Below are positions 18,123-26,921 of a stretch of DNA of 64,000 nt, in pieces. The notes under the pieces are model-generated. The model was not told the DNA's origin. It saw only the letters and a program-made list of their open reading frames with translations, and searched no databases. This DNA is from Candidatus Iainarchaeum sp. (GTDB lineage: Archaea; Iainarchaeota; Iainarchaeia; Iainarchaeales; CSSED10-239). The position numbers were made by a program, and so were the translations under genes. Position 1 is the first letter of the stretch, and the number at the start of each line of letters is the position of its first letter. Location: assembly GCA_037441475.1 (NCBI GenBank), contig JBBISB010000001.1, forward strand, positions 524,946 through 588,945, given 5' to 3'.

Positions 18123-18413
18123 ATGATTGGTAAAATGCATGATGTAAACGGTCAAAGAATATTTGCATCCTGTGATAAGTCTTTAATTGGTAAAAAAATA
18201 ATTATCGCTGATTTTGAAATATCTTTTTCTAAAGGCTTTTATGGTGAAGAAGAAATGTCAATAGAAGAGATTATTAAAAACATCTCTAAATGTGATTCTG
18301 CAAACATCTTTGGAAAGAAAGTATGTGGTTTACTTTTAGAAAGAAAAATAATTATTGAGGAAACAATCATCTATATAGAAGATATCCCTCATGTGCAAAT
18401 TTATAATATATAA
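18123..18413 (+). CDS. DUF424-like small protein (conserved neighbour of aIF2-beta)
   Basis: 96 aa. The position and the 'ASCDKSLIGKK...FYGEE' pattern fit the archaeal DUF424 family as I remember it. Confidence 0.4.
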   Translation: MIGKMHDVNGQRIFASCDKSLIGKKIIIADFEISFSKGFYGEEEMSIEEIIKNISKCDSANIFGKKVCGLLLERKIIIEETIIYIEDIPHVQIYNI

Positions 18414-18428
18414 GGAAGTGATTAATTT

Positions 18429-18776
18429 TTGGAAGAAAATAATGATCAAGCTAACGTAAGAGTAAGGGCCCCAAACAAAAAAGATTTAGAGCTGTTTGGA
18501 GTAGTTACTCAATTAATGGGTGTTAATAACATCTCAATAATGTGTGAAGATGGAAAAGAAAGAATCTGTAGAATACCAGGTAAAATGTTCAAGCACATCT
18601 GGATAAAGCAAGGTGATCTTGTAATTGTTAAACTATGGGATTTTCAACCTACAAAAGGAGATGTTATATGGAGATACTTAGGCTTTCAAGTTTCTGCTTT
18701 AGAAAGAAAAGGTCTTTTAAATGAAATGAACAAACATGCTCAAAGCACAACAAACAATAGAGTCTCTAGAGAATAA
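18429..18776 (+). CDS. translation initiation factor aIF1A
   Basis: S1-like OB: 'FGVVTQLMGVNNISIMCEDGKERICRIPGKMFKHIWIKQGDLVIV'. TTG start preceded by the SD box aagtgatta. Confidence 0.85.
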   Translation: MEENNDQANVRVRAPNKKDLELFGVVTQLMGVNNISIMCEDGKERICRIPGKMFKHIWIKQGDLVIVKLWDFQPTKGDVIWRYLGFQVSALERKGLLNEMNKHAQSTTNNRVSRE

Positions 18777-18792
18777 AAAAAGGTTTTAAAAA

Positions 18793-19530
18793 ATGATTGA
18801 AAAAAGAAAAGTTGAAAATTATGTGTTTGATAACAGAACACATGAAGCTATTTTTAAGCTTTCTAAAAACAGCATAATTGATACTATAGATGCTCCAATC
18901 TCAAGTGGAAAGGAAGCAATTACTTTTATAGGTTACTTAAAGGACACTCCTCTTGCCTTAAAGATATACAAGGTAGAAACCTCAAGCTTTAAAAACATGG
19001 ATAAATATATCAAAGGTGACTTTAGGTTTAAAAGACTTTCAAACGACAAGCGCGAGTTGTTTTTAATATGGGCTTCCAAGGAATACAAGAACTTAACTTT
19101 AGCCTTAAGAAACGGTGTTAAGGTACCAATAGTTATTGCTAAGGAAAAAAACATTTTAGTCATGTCCTTTATAGGAACAAAAGATGGTGTTGCCTTTCCT
19201 AAACTTTCAGATATTGAGTTTTCCTTTGAAAAAGTATATCCTCAAATAATTGATAATTACGCAAAGATGCTTTATGGTGCAAAGCTTGTGCATGCTGATT
19301 TCTCTGCATTTAATATTTTAATAGATCCTGAAACAGAGGATATAACCATCATTGATATGGGTCAAGCTGTTGTTTATAGTCACCCATTATCCAAGGAATT
19401 TTTAAAAAGAGATATTATGTCAATTACAGATTTCTTAAACAGAAAGTTTAGAGAAAAAAACATTACTTATGAATCTTTTTTAGAAGATTTAAAAACAAAG
19501 AAAGAAGAGTTGTATGGAAGAAATAATTAG
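18793..19530 (+). CDS. RIO-type serine protein kinase
   Basis: 'ISSGKEAITF' P-loop-like, catalytic loop 'VHADFSAFNILI', metal-binding 'IIDMGQAV'. Confidence 0.85.
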   Translation: MIEKRKVENYVFDNRTHEAIFKLSKNSIIDTIDAPISSGKEAITFIGYLKDTPLALKIYKVETSSFKNMDKYIKGDFRFKRLSNDKRELFLIWASKEYKNLTLALRNGVKVPIVIAKEKNILVMSFIGTKDGVAFPKLSDIEFSFEKVYPQIIDNYAKMLYGAKLVHADFSAFNILIDPETEDITIIDMGQAVVYSHPLSKEFLKRDIMSITDFLNRKFREKNITYESFLEDLKTKKEELYGRNN

Positions 19531-20083
19531 AGTTGGTGCAAACAGACTCCCTGTCGTCATAGGACCTAACGGTACTGTTAAAAGAGAGATTCAAAGAAAA
19601 ACAAAGACTAAGCTAGAGATAGATTCTCACTTAGGAGAGGTTACAATCTCTTCTGATCATTCTTTCTTTGAAGTACATACTGCAAAAAAAATTGTTTCAG
19701 CAATAGCAAGAGGTTTTTCTCCATATGATGCTTATAAGCTTTTAAAAGATGATTATAGCTTAGAAGTTATACCTTTAGAGGAGTATGTTAAAAACTCAAG
19801 AAGTAGGCATACACAGATAAAAGGAAGAGTTATTGGTAGAGAGGGAAGAATAAAACAAATTATTGAAAAAAGATATAATTGTTTAATCTCTGTTTATGGT
19901 AAAACTGTTTCAATTATTGGGGATGAAGAAAGAATAAAGGAAGCAAGAGAGGTTATTGAAAAAATACTTTCAGGCTCCAAGCATTCAACCATAATGAAAA
20001 CAATTAAAATAAACTCTATTCTTGATGGTTATAAAGAAGTTAAAGAAGAAGAAAACAAGATTGACGATATTAATTTTGATTAA
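19514..20083 (+). CDS. KH-domain RNA-binding protein (Dim2/Pno1-like)
   Basis: Two KH GxxG loops ('VIGPNGTVK', 'VIGREGRIK'). The position after RIO kinase is the conserved archaeal one. Confidence 0.7.
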   Translation: MEEIIRVGANRLPVVIGPNGTVKREIQRKTKTKLEIDSHLGEVTISSDHSFFEVHTAKKIVSAIARGFSPYDAYKLLKDDYSLEVIPLEEYVKNSRSRHTQIKGRVIGREGRIKQIIEKRYNCLISVYGKTVSIIGDEERIKEAREVIEKILSGSKHSTIMKTIKINSILDGYKEVKEEENKIDDINFD

Positions 20084-20085
20084 AT

Positions 20086-20943
20086 ATGATCTTTAATAAA
20101 GTAACTCCTCAACAGTTCATTAATAATGTTGAGAGTGTAGTAAATCTTGAAAAGAACCAGTTAAACTCTGCTCTTGAAAAAGAAAGCATAAAAAGTAAGG
20201 CAATTAAATTTACATTATCTGCAACTGACGAGCAACTTAAAAAATATTTAAAAAATTTTACTTCAAAAGAACTTCTGCAAGTCTTTAATGATTTTAAGGC
20301 CCTTAACTACAATCAAAAGAATCTTTTTTTAAATGTCTTAAACTACAATTCTCTTTACCACTCAAACAACAAAGAATCTACTTTCTTCATGCATACCTTA
20401 GATAAAGAGATTTGGAGAATTAAAAAAGGTTTATTAAACACCAACATGCTTTTTCAAACACATCGAAAAGAATGTAAACATACTCTGTCTGGTTTTATAA
20501 GAGCCTTTAAAACAAACTCAATTTTCACAACAAAAATAACTATTGATGGAGAGGTAAGAAGAGTTTTTGTAAAAAACGAGATTGGTTCTCTAAAAGAAAA
20601 AGGAAATGTAGGGTACCATCATCTTATCCTTGATCCAAAGGATATGCATATCTATAACCTTAGTATGATATCAGGAATAACACCTACGAGAATGACTTTA
20701 AAGGAAATCTCTAAACTTAAATTAAATAGTAAAGAAAGACTATTAAGTCTTGATTTTAATCATCTTCAAAAACAAATTCCAAACTACTCTATTGTTAAGT
20801 TTAATATTAAAAAAGAAATGCAAGAGTACCTTAAAAGATACTCAAAAGGAATTAAAGATGCTAGAAGAGAGCATCATGAAAATTTATCTATATCAAAAGT
20901 TAAGTCTAGTAAAAAACCATTACTTAAATTTTTTAAAAAATAA
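20086..20943 (+). CDS. hypothetical protein, lineage-specific family (paralogue of 59871-60788)
   Basis: Shares 'IWRIKKGLL...H..SGFIRAF...ITIDGE...FVK.....G.Y.L.LDPK...IY' with the 305-aa ORF at 59871. Basic tail 'KKPLLKFFKK'. Confidence 0.6.
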   Translation: MIFNKVTPQQFINNVESVVNLEKNQLNSALEKESIKSKAIKFTLSATDEQLKKYLKNFTSKELLQVFNDFKALNYNQKNLFLNVLNYNSLYHSNNKESTFFMHTLDKEIWRIKKGLLNTNMLFQTHRKECKHTLSGFIRAFKTNSIFTTKITIDGEVRRVFVKNEIGSLKEKGNVGYHHLILDPKDMHIYNLSMISGITPTRMTLKEISKLKLNSKERLLSLDFNHLQKQIPNYSIVKFNIKKEMQEYLKRYSKGIKDARREHHENLSISKVKSSKKPLLKFFKK

Positions 20944-20944
20944 T

Positions 20945-23050
20945 TTATTTTTCTTCCATCTCTATTTTTAGAATATCCAAGTAACCAGTAAACTCATTTT
21001 CCATTATTGGGTTTGCACTTGTTATCCTTATTTTTTTTTTAAACAAAGGAGCATCCAAAACAATTGTCTCATACTCCCCTCCTTCTCCAGCAACATTTAT
21101 TCCTTTTTTTTTGTTAATTATCTTAAGATCAATTAAGTCCTCTTTAGTAAGTTTTTTTCCAAGCCAGGTGTCGTTTAAACCATACCCTGCAACCTTAACT
21201 ATGATTACTTCAAATTTATTATCTAACATCTCTTGGAAAACACCCTCTTGTGTCTTGTTCCAAAGAGGAGAAAACATTCTTAAGCCAAGTTCATTACATA
21301 TCTCTTGTATCCTCTCTCTTTGATAATTACTTTTAATAGCTCCAGTAATTATTCCTTGAAGGGAGTATTTTTCTTTAGCCTTTAAGATTAGTTTCTTAAG
21401 GTCCTTAAGCTCTTCTTCCTTTATCCCTTTTGTCTTTTGTAAAACAAATGGTACCTCTAAGGCTTGTGATTGAAGAGAGAGTATCTTATCATCTACTTTT
21501 TGAAACATGTAGGAGTCTGGGTTTTCAGTCATCATTGTCATAAGGCAAGATATCTTATAGTTTTGTTTTGCCATTATGTGAAAGGCAAGGTTTGAGTCCT
21601 TTCCTCCTGAGAAAAGACATCCTAGGTTTAGGTTTTCTTTTTTAGATACTTCTTTTAAAAATTCGCTCTTTTTTAATTTTTTTTCTTTAGATATTTTTTC
21701 AATCATTTTATCAAATCCACTTCCATATTGTGCTGCTGTTTTTTTTCTCTGGTAATCTTCTTTTAGAAGATTTATTTTTTTTCCAATTTTTCTTAAAACC
21801 ACTTTATTTTCTTCATTGTTTATTTTTTCTTTTTCTTCAAGTAAAAAAGATTCTTCAATAACCTCTTTATCAAGGTATGGTAATCTTACCTCTATGTTGT
21901 TGTTCGTACAAACAACGTCCTCTCTATAAAGATCATTTTCATGCATTTGGTATAACAGGTTTATGCTGTCTTTTAAAACATCAGTTGATTCTTTAAACCT
22001 CGAGTATCCTGCAAACAACTCATCTGCACCAAGTCCAGAGAATATAACCTTTGCTCCATCCTCTCTTGCTTTTAAAGAGGCAAAGTATATAGGTAAGGAC
22101 ACTCCTATTTTTATAGGGTTTGATGACTCTATTTTTTCAACAAGTAAAGGAATTGTCTCTTCAATTTCTTTTTTATTTACTTTTATTTTTTCAACCTTAA
22201 AGCCATACTCCTTCTCTGTTCTTAAAACATTTGAAAGGTCCTTTGGGTCTATTACATTCCCTGCATATGCAAAATATCCTTTGAAAGGTATGTTGTTGTC
22301 TTTTAATATTTTTGAAATTAAAAGGGAGTCAAGACCTGAACTATAAAGCACAGCAAGCTTTTGTTTTTCAGGAACTCTTAAAAGAACTGCTTGTTTAATC
22401 TTTTCATACATCTTTTCTGTTGTTGTCTTTTTCTTTTCTATTTTATAGAAAGGTATTTTCTTAAAAGTGATTTTGTTTTTTAAAACTTCATAAAAAAGTT
22501 CTTTTCTAGGATCAAGAAACTGAATGTTTTTAAAACCAATTTTTTCTAAAACCTTTTTTTCAGAGGCAAAGCCAAAAGATTTATTTTCTAAGGAAAACCA
22601 TAGTGGCTTAATCCCAAGAAGATCTCTTCTTAGGTATATTTTATTTCCATCATAAAAGCAAACAGCATATGGTCCATTCATCTCTTCAAATATCTTAAAA
22701 CCAATCTTCTCTATTCCCTTAATAATAAAGTCAGAGTCATTTTTAACCTTAATCTTATATTTTAAAGAAAGTTCTTTGTAATTATAGATCTCACAGTTTG
22801 AAACAAGTACTTTTCCTTTATGTACTATTGGTTGAGATACATTTCCTGTTATAGAAAGTAAGTTATGTGCAAAAACAACACCTGTAGATATGTTTTCTTT
22901 ATTAAAGTTGTTAATCTCCTTAGAATAAACACACCTACCATTAAAGTAAACTCCATTATTATCCAAACCTCTTTTTTCTAATATCTTAAGGGAGGCAATA
23001 ATCTTTTCTTTACTTTCAGGGACATTAACCAGTCCAATTATTGAGCACAT
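20945..23050 (-). CDS. fusion protein: asparagine-synthase-like glutamine amidotransferase/PP-loop synthetase plus Dph6-like diphthamide synthetase (DUF71) domain
   Basis: N-terminus 'MCSIIG' (Ntn Cys2), 'AVLYSSGLDS' PP-loop, 'FSGLGADELFAGY'. From about residue 474: 'LGCLFSGGKDSNLAFH', 'SPLWNK', 'AGEGGEYETIVLDAPLF', typical of the MJ0570/Dph6 N-domain. Confidence 0.8.
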   Translation of the reverse strand: MCSIIGLVNVPESKEKIIASLKILEKRGLDNNGVYFNGRCVYSKEINNFNKENISTGVVFAHNLLSITGNVSQPIVHKGKVLVSNCEIYNYKELSLKYKIKVKNDSDFIIKGIEKIGFKIFEEMNGPYAVCFYDGNKIYLRRDLLGIKPLWFSLENKSFGFASEKKVLEKIGFKNIQFLDPRKELFYEVLKNKITFKKIPFYKIEKKKTTTEKMYEKIKQAVLLRVPEKQKLAVLYSSGLDSLLISKILKDNNIPFKGYFAYAGNVIDPKDLSNVLRTEKEYGFKVEKIKVNKKEIEETIPLLVEKIESSNPIKIGVSLPIYFASLKAREDGAKVIFSGLGADELFAGYSRFKESTDVLKDSINLLYQMHENDLYREDVVCTNNNIEVRLPYLDKEVIEESFLLEEKEKINNEENKVVLRKIGKKINLLKEDYQRKKTAAQYGSGFDKMIEKISKEKKLKKSEFLKEVSKKENLNLGCLFSGGKDSNLAFHIMAKQNYKISCLMTMMTENPDSYMFQKVDDKILSLQSQALEVPFVLQKTKGIKEEELKDLKKLILKAKEKYSLQGIITGAIKSNYQRERIQEICNELGLRMFSPLWNKTQEGVFQEMLDNKFEVIIVKVAGYGLNDTWLGKKLTKEDLIDLKIINKKKGINVAGEGGEYETIVLDAPLFKKKIRITSANPIMENEFTGYLDILKIEMEEK

Positions 23051-23066
23051 GTTTTAATGATTAGTT

Positions 23067-23173
23067 TTTTAATATTTATTTTAATATAATATATTTTAAT
23101 ATAATATATTTTAATATTTATTTTAATATAATATATTTTAATATTTATTTTAATATAATATATTTTAATATAA
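23067..23173. repeat. AT-only tandem repeat (27-bp unit ttttaatatttattttaatataatata x3, plus 16-bp sub-units)
   Basis: Read directly. It lies in the 255-bp divergent intergenic region between the asnB-dph6 fusion (-) and top6B (+). Confidence 0.85.
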
Positions 23174-23305
23174 CAAGTAAGGTATATATACTTATTGTTA
23201 CAAATATACTTTAATACTTCTTATTTTTAAAAAAAGAATAAGCAGGTAAGCTTTTTAAATCTTTTTAACTATATTACATATATAAATATATTTTAGTGAT
23301 ACTTT

Positions 23306-25036
23306 ATGAGTGATGAAAAACAAACAAAACAAGAAACTCAAGTTTCAAAAGACGGAATTGATGCAAATGTTCTTTTCTCTGAGTTTAAGGAACATTCAGT
23401 AGCTGATTTTTTTAAAAAAAATAGACAGATGTTAGGTCTTTATGGAAAACAAAGAACCTTAACCACAATAATACATGAACTTGTAACAAACTCCTTAGAT
23501 GCTTGTGAAGAAGCAGGTATCTTACCTGAAATTGAAGTTAAGATATCAGAGATTGGAGAGGAATACTATGAAATCTCTGTTATGGACAATGGTCCTGGTA
23601 TACCAGAAAGCAAAATTGGTTCTGCTTTAGGTAAATTACTTGCAGGTACAAAGTTTCATAGGCTTGTTCAAACAAGAGGACAACAGGGTATCGGTGTTTC
23701 TGGAATTATTTTATTTTCACAAATAACAACTGGTAAACCTACAAAAGTAATATCAGGTACCTCAAAAGAAAAAGCAGTTTTCTTAGAAATAACCATTGAC
23801 TCTAAAACAAACTCTCCAAAAATGACAAATAAAGTATATTTAGAAAAGAAGTTTAGAGGAACAGCAATAAAAGCTAAGTTTAAAGAGATCCAGTATAAGA
23901 AAGGGCAAGGCTCTGTTGATGAATACTTAAGAAGAACAGCAATCTCAAACCCACATGCAACCATACTTTTTGAAGACCCTTTCCAAGAGGTTACAAAGTA
24001 TGAAAGAATAATTAAAAATTTACCAAAAATACCTCAACAAGTAAAACCACATCCAAGAGGAGTTACAGTTGATGAAATGTTATCTCTTGCAAGATACACT
24101 CCAGCAAGAAAAGTATCCTCTTACCTAATGCTTGCCTTTGATAGGTTTGGTCAAACAGCAGTTGATTCTATCTCAAAGATGATACATTTTGATATTAATA
24201 AAGATCCTAAAAAATTAACCTGGGAGGAAGCTGAAGAAATTGTTGCTGCTATAAAGCAAACAAAATTTATAGCTCCAAACACAAACAATCTTGTTCCTAT
24301 AGGTGAAGATTTTGTTGAAAAGTCCTTAAGAACAATTGTTGAACCTGAGTTTTGTTTTGTATACACAAGAAAACCAGCTGTCTATAAAGGAGGGTATGCC
24401 TTCCAAGTAGAGGTTGCTGTTGCTTTCGGTGGAAATGCAGGACGTTTAGTAAGTGTCTCTTCTCCAAAGGCAAAGAACAGAAAAGATGATGTTGATCAAA
24501 CTGATGAAACAAAGGAAGTTAGAGTCTCTGAAATCATAAGATATGCAAACAAATCCCCTCTTCTTTTTGATGCAGGTGGATGTGCGATTACTAAAACTGT
24601 ACAATCAGTTGATTGGAAGAGATATGGTATCCAAAACTTTGAGTCAGCACCAGTAACTGTTTTTGTAAACCTAATCTCTGTACATATTCCATACACCTCT
24701 GCAGGTAAATCTGCAATAGCTGATGAAGAGGAAATTTTAGCTGAAATAAAATTAGCTTTAATGGATGTTTCAAGAAGACTTGGAAAATATATTGTTGATA
24801 AAAAGAAAGAAGCAGAAAAGTTAGAGAAAAGAAAGGTCTTTGCAAAGTATGCTCCTGAGATTGTAAATGCTCTTTCAAGAATAACAGGTGCAAATGCTCC
24901 TCTTTTACAAAAGAAATTAGATAAAATGGTTCTTGAAAAATTAAAGATGGATGACTTAGAGGAAGAAGAAGTTCCTGTTAAGGGAAAAAAGAAAATTAAA
25001 GAAGAGGATTTTGAGGATGATTTTTCTGAGGAATGA
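23306..25036 (+). CDS. top6B: DNA topoisomerase VI subunit B
   Basis: GHKL fold: 'ELVTNSLDA', 'MDNGPGI', 'GQQGIGVSG'. Transducer domain and acidic/basic tail. Confidence 0.95.
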   Translation: MSDEKQTKQETQVSKDGIDANVLFSEFKEHSVADFFKKNRQMLGLYGKQRTLTTIIHELVTNSLDACEEAGILPEIEVKISEIGEEYYEISVMDNGPGIPESKIGSALGKLLAGTKFHRLVQTRGQQGIGVSGIILFSQITTGKPTKVISGTSKEKAVFLEITIDSKTNSPKMTNKVYLEKKFRGTAIKAKFKEIQYKKGQGSVDEYLRRTAISNPHATILFEDPFQEVTKYERIIKNLPKIPQQVKPHPRGVTVDEMLSLARYTPARKVSSYLMLAFDRFGQTAVDSISKMIHFDINKDPKKLTWEEAEEIVAAIKQTKFIAPNTNNLVPIGEDFVEKSLRTIVEPEFCFVYTRKPAVYKGGYAFQVEVAVAFGGNAGRLVSVSSPKAKNRKDDVDQTDETKEVRVSEIIRYANKSPLLFDAGGCAITKTVQSVDWKRYGIQNFESAPVTVFVNLISVHIPYTSAGKSAIADEEEILAEIKLALMDVSRRLGKYIVDKKKEAEKLEKRKVFAKYAPEIVNALSRITGANAPLLQKKLDKMVLEKLKMDDLEEEEVPVKGKKKIKEEDFEDDFSEE

Positions 25037-25092
25037 TCTTTCTTTTTAACAAACTTTTTTAAAAAAAATATTTAAAAAAAAGTGATTAAATT

Positions 25093-26232
25093 ATGGTAAA
25101 TCAAAAACCAATTAAAAGAGAACTTGAAAAACACGAAACCGAAACTTCAAAAGAAATTGGAGGCAGAGTTTACGATATTGCAAAAAATATTGTTCACCAA
25201 ATAGAGAATGAACACTCTCCAACCTTTTCAACAAGGGTAAGAGGTTTATCAAATGTTTATTTTGATGATAAAAAAGGTTTCATACAGTTAGGGGATAAAA
25301 CAGTTACAAGACCTTTCTTAAACTTAGGTGCAGCAAGAAAGTTTATGCAAACCATTTTAGTTACTGAAAAATGTAATGAATACTTAAAGCATTCAAAGAC
25401 AGCCTCAATAAGAGAAATCTATTATGAGCTTAAACACACTATTGCAAAGACTAATGAAAATACTTTTGATGCTCAAGAGGAATCTAATGATGTAATTGTT
25501 GATATTGAACACTCAGTTTCAACCATAAGAGAAAAGCTTGGTCTTCAAGCAGACCCAAAGGGTGCTCTTTATGGGGATATAACCTTGGTTGATAGAAAAC
25601 ACTATAACGATGAGTTTAATTGTAGTAATCTTGGAAGAGGGGGATGGTCTATTATGTCAAGACTTGAGCCTGATGAAATTGAAATAAAAGAAGTAAATGC
25701 AGATTTTGTTTTAGTTATTGAGACATCTGCGATGTATGGTAGATTGATTGAAGAAAACTATGCAAAGAAACATAGAGCTATCTTAGTTGGAACCTCGGGT
25801 CAAGCAGCAAGAGGGGCAAGAAGACTTATTCATCGTCTAAGATATGAGTTTAATTTACCTGTTATTGTCTTCACTGATGGAGACCCTTACGGATGGTATA
25901 TCTACTCAGTTATTAAGAGTGGATCAATGGCCTTAGCTGCTCACTCTAAGTTTTTAGCAGTTCCTGATGCAAAGTATGTTGGTATGACCTTAACTGATGT
26001 TGAAACATACGGCCTTCAAAATGTTACTGAAAAAATGAAGGAAGGGGATGTTAAAAGAGCAAAGGAGCTTATGTCCTATGATTGGTTTAGATCTCCAGAA
26101 TGGCAAAAAGAACTAAAGCTTGCAATTGATAAGAAGATAAGGATAGAGCAGCAAGCTCTTGCAAACAAATCCTTAGACTTTGTTGCTAAAAAATATCTTC
26201 CTGAGAAGATAGAAAAACAAATTTTCTTATAG
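25093..26232 (+). CDS. top6A: DNA topoisomerase VI subunit A (Spo11 family)
   Basis: 5Y-CAP region 'SIREIYYELKH', Toprim 'VIETSAMY' and 'FTDGDPYGWYIY'. Confidence 0.95.
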   Translation: MVNQKPIKRELEKHETETSKEIGGRVYDIAKNIVHQIENEHSPTFSTRVRGLSNVYFDDKKGFIQLGDKTVTRPFLNLGAARKFMQTILVTEKCNEYLKHSKTASIREIYYELKHTIAKTNENTFDAQEESNDVIVDIEHSVSTIREKLGLQADPKGALYGDITLVDRKHYNDEFNCSNLGRGGWSIMSRLEPDEIEIKEVNADFVLVIETSAMYGRLIEENYAKKHRAILVGTSGQAARGARRLIHRLRYEFNLPVIVFTDGDPYGWYIYSVIKSGSMALAAHSKFLAVPDAKYVGMTLTDVETYGLQNVTEKMKEGDVKRAKELMSYDWFRSPEWQKELKLAIDKKIRIEQQALANKSLDFVAKKYLPEKIEKQIFL

Positions 26233-26270
26233 TTTTTTTAAAAATAAAAAGATTATAGATTGAGAAATTT

Positions 26271-26843
26271 ATGGATAGAGATTTACTAAGAAGGGCTTTA
26301 TTTATTTTAAGTGTTTCTTCTATAGCATCTTTTTCATCTTTTAAAATTGATCAAAAGGTAAAGAGAGAAAATGTTAAAAAATATCTTTTTGAAAATCAAG
26401 TTAATTTTCTAACTAAAAATTATAAATTAACAAAAGAAGATAGTATCTTTGTTGTTAAAGAAATATCTTCTATTCTTAAGGATTCAACTGTTTCTTTTAA
26501 TGCAAAAAGTTTAGCTGAGCATGTAGATTATTATAGGAAATGCACACTTACAAGAAAAGCCTGCTTTCCTGCCTTTAATAGGTTTTATGAAAGCTTTACA
26601 AGTTCTTTATCTAAACAAAAGTTAGATTCTCTTTATCCTGTTTTAAGAAAATATTCTTCTTTTGAGACCTTTCAAAAAGAAAGAGGGACAACTGAGCTTA
26701 TTTTTAAAAGTAAATTTAGGGATTATTTTTTTAAAAAGTTTGTAGATCCTACCCCAATTGATCCAAAACTTCCAAAGTACGATACTAGGGTTCCAAAAAT
26801 TTATTTTACAAAAGCAGAAAGTACTAAAAAAAACTTTAGTTAA
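26271..26843 (+). CDS. hypothetical protein co-directional with top6BA
   Basis: 190-aa ORF 38 nt after top6A. No recognisable motif. Confidence 0.4.
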   Translation: MDRDLLRRALFILSVSSIASFSSFKIDQKVKRENVKKYLFENQVNFLTKNYKLTKEDSIFVVKEISSILKDSTVSFNAKSLAEHVDYYRKCTLTRKACFPAFNRFYESFTSSLSKQKLDSLYPVLRKYSSFETFQKERGTTELIFKSKFRDYFFKKFVDPTPIDPKLPKYDTRVPKIYFTKAESTKKNFS

Positions 26844-26921
26844 AAGAAAAGCATAAAAACATATAAATATCTTTTCATCTACTCTCTTATTATCTAAAAA
26901 TATTTATTAAGTGATATAAAC

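Noticed and set aside
23067-23173. The tandem repeats as a possible CRISPR array
   Set aside because: The repeats are contiguous with no unique spacers, are composed purely of A/T, and have no cas genes nearby.
23668-24893. Several 66-100-aa minus-strand ORFs inside top6B. Similar ORFs lie antisense to mcm (11946-12661), nifS (36257-36979), porA/porG (31762-32893), the Trx-CcdA gene (33548-34375) and others.
   Set aside because: All lie antisense to, or out of frame with, strongly supported genes and have no motifs or SD boxes. They are typical spurious ORFs.
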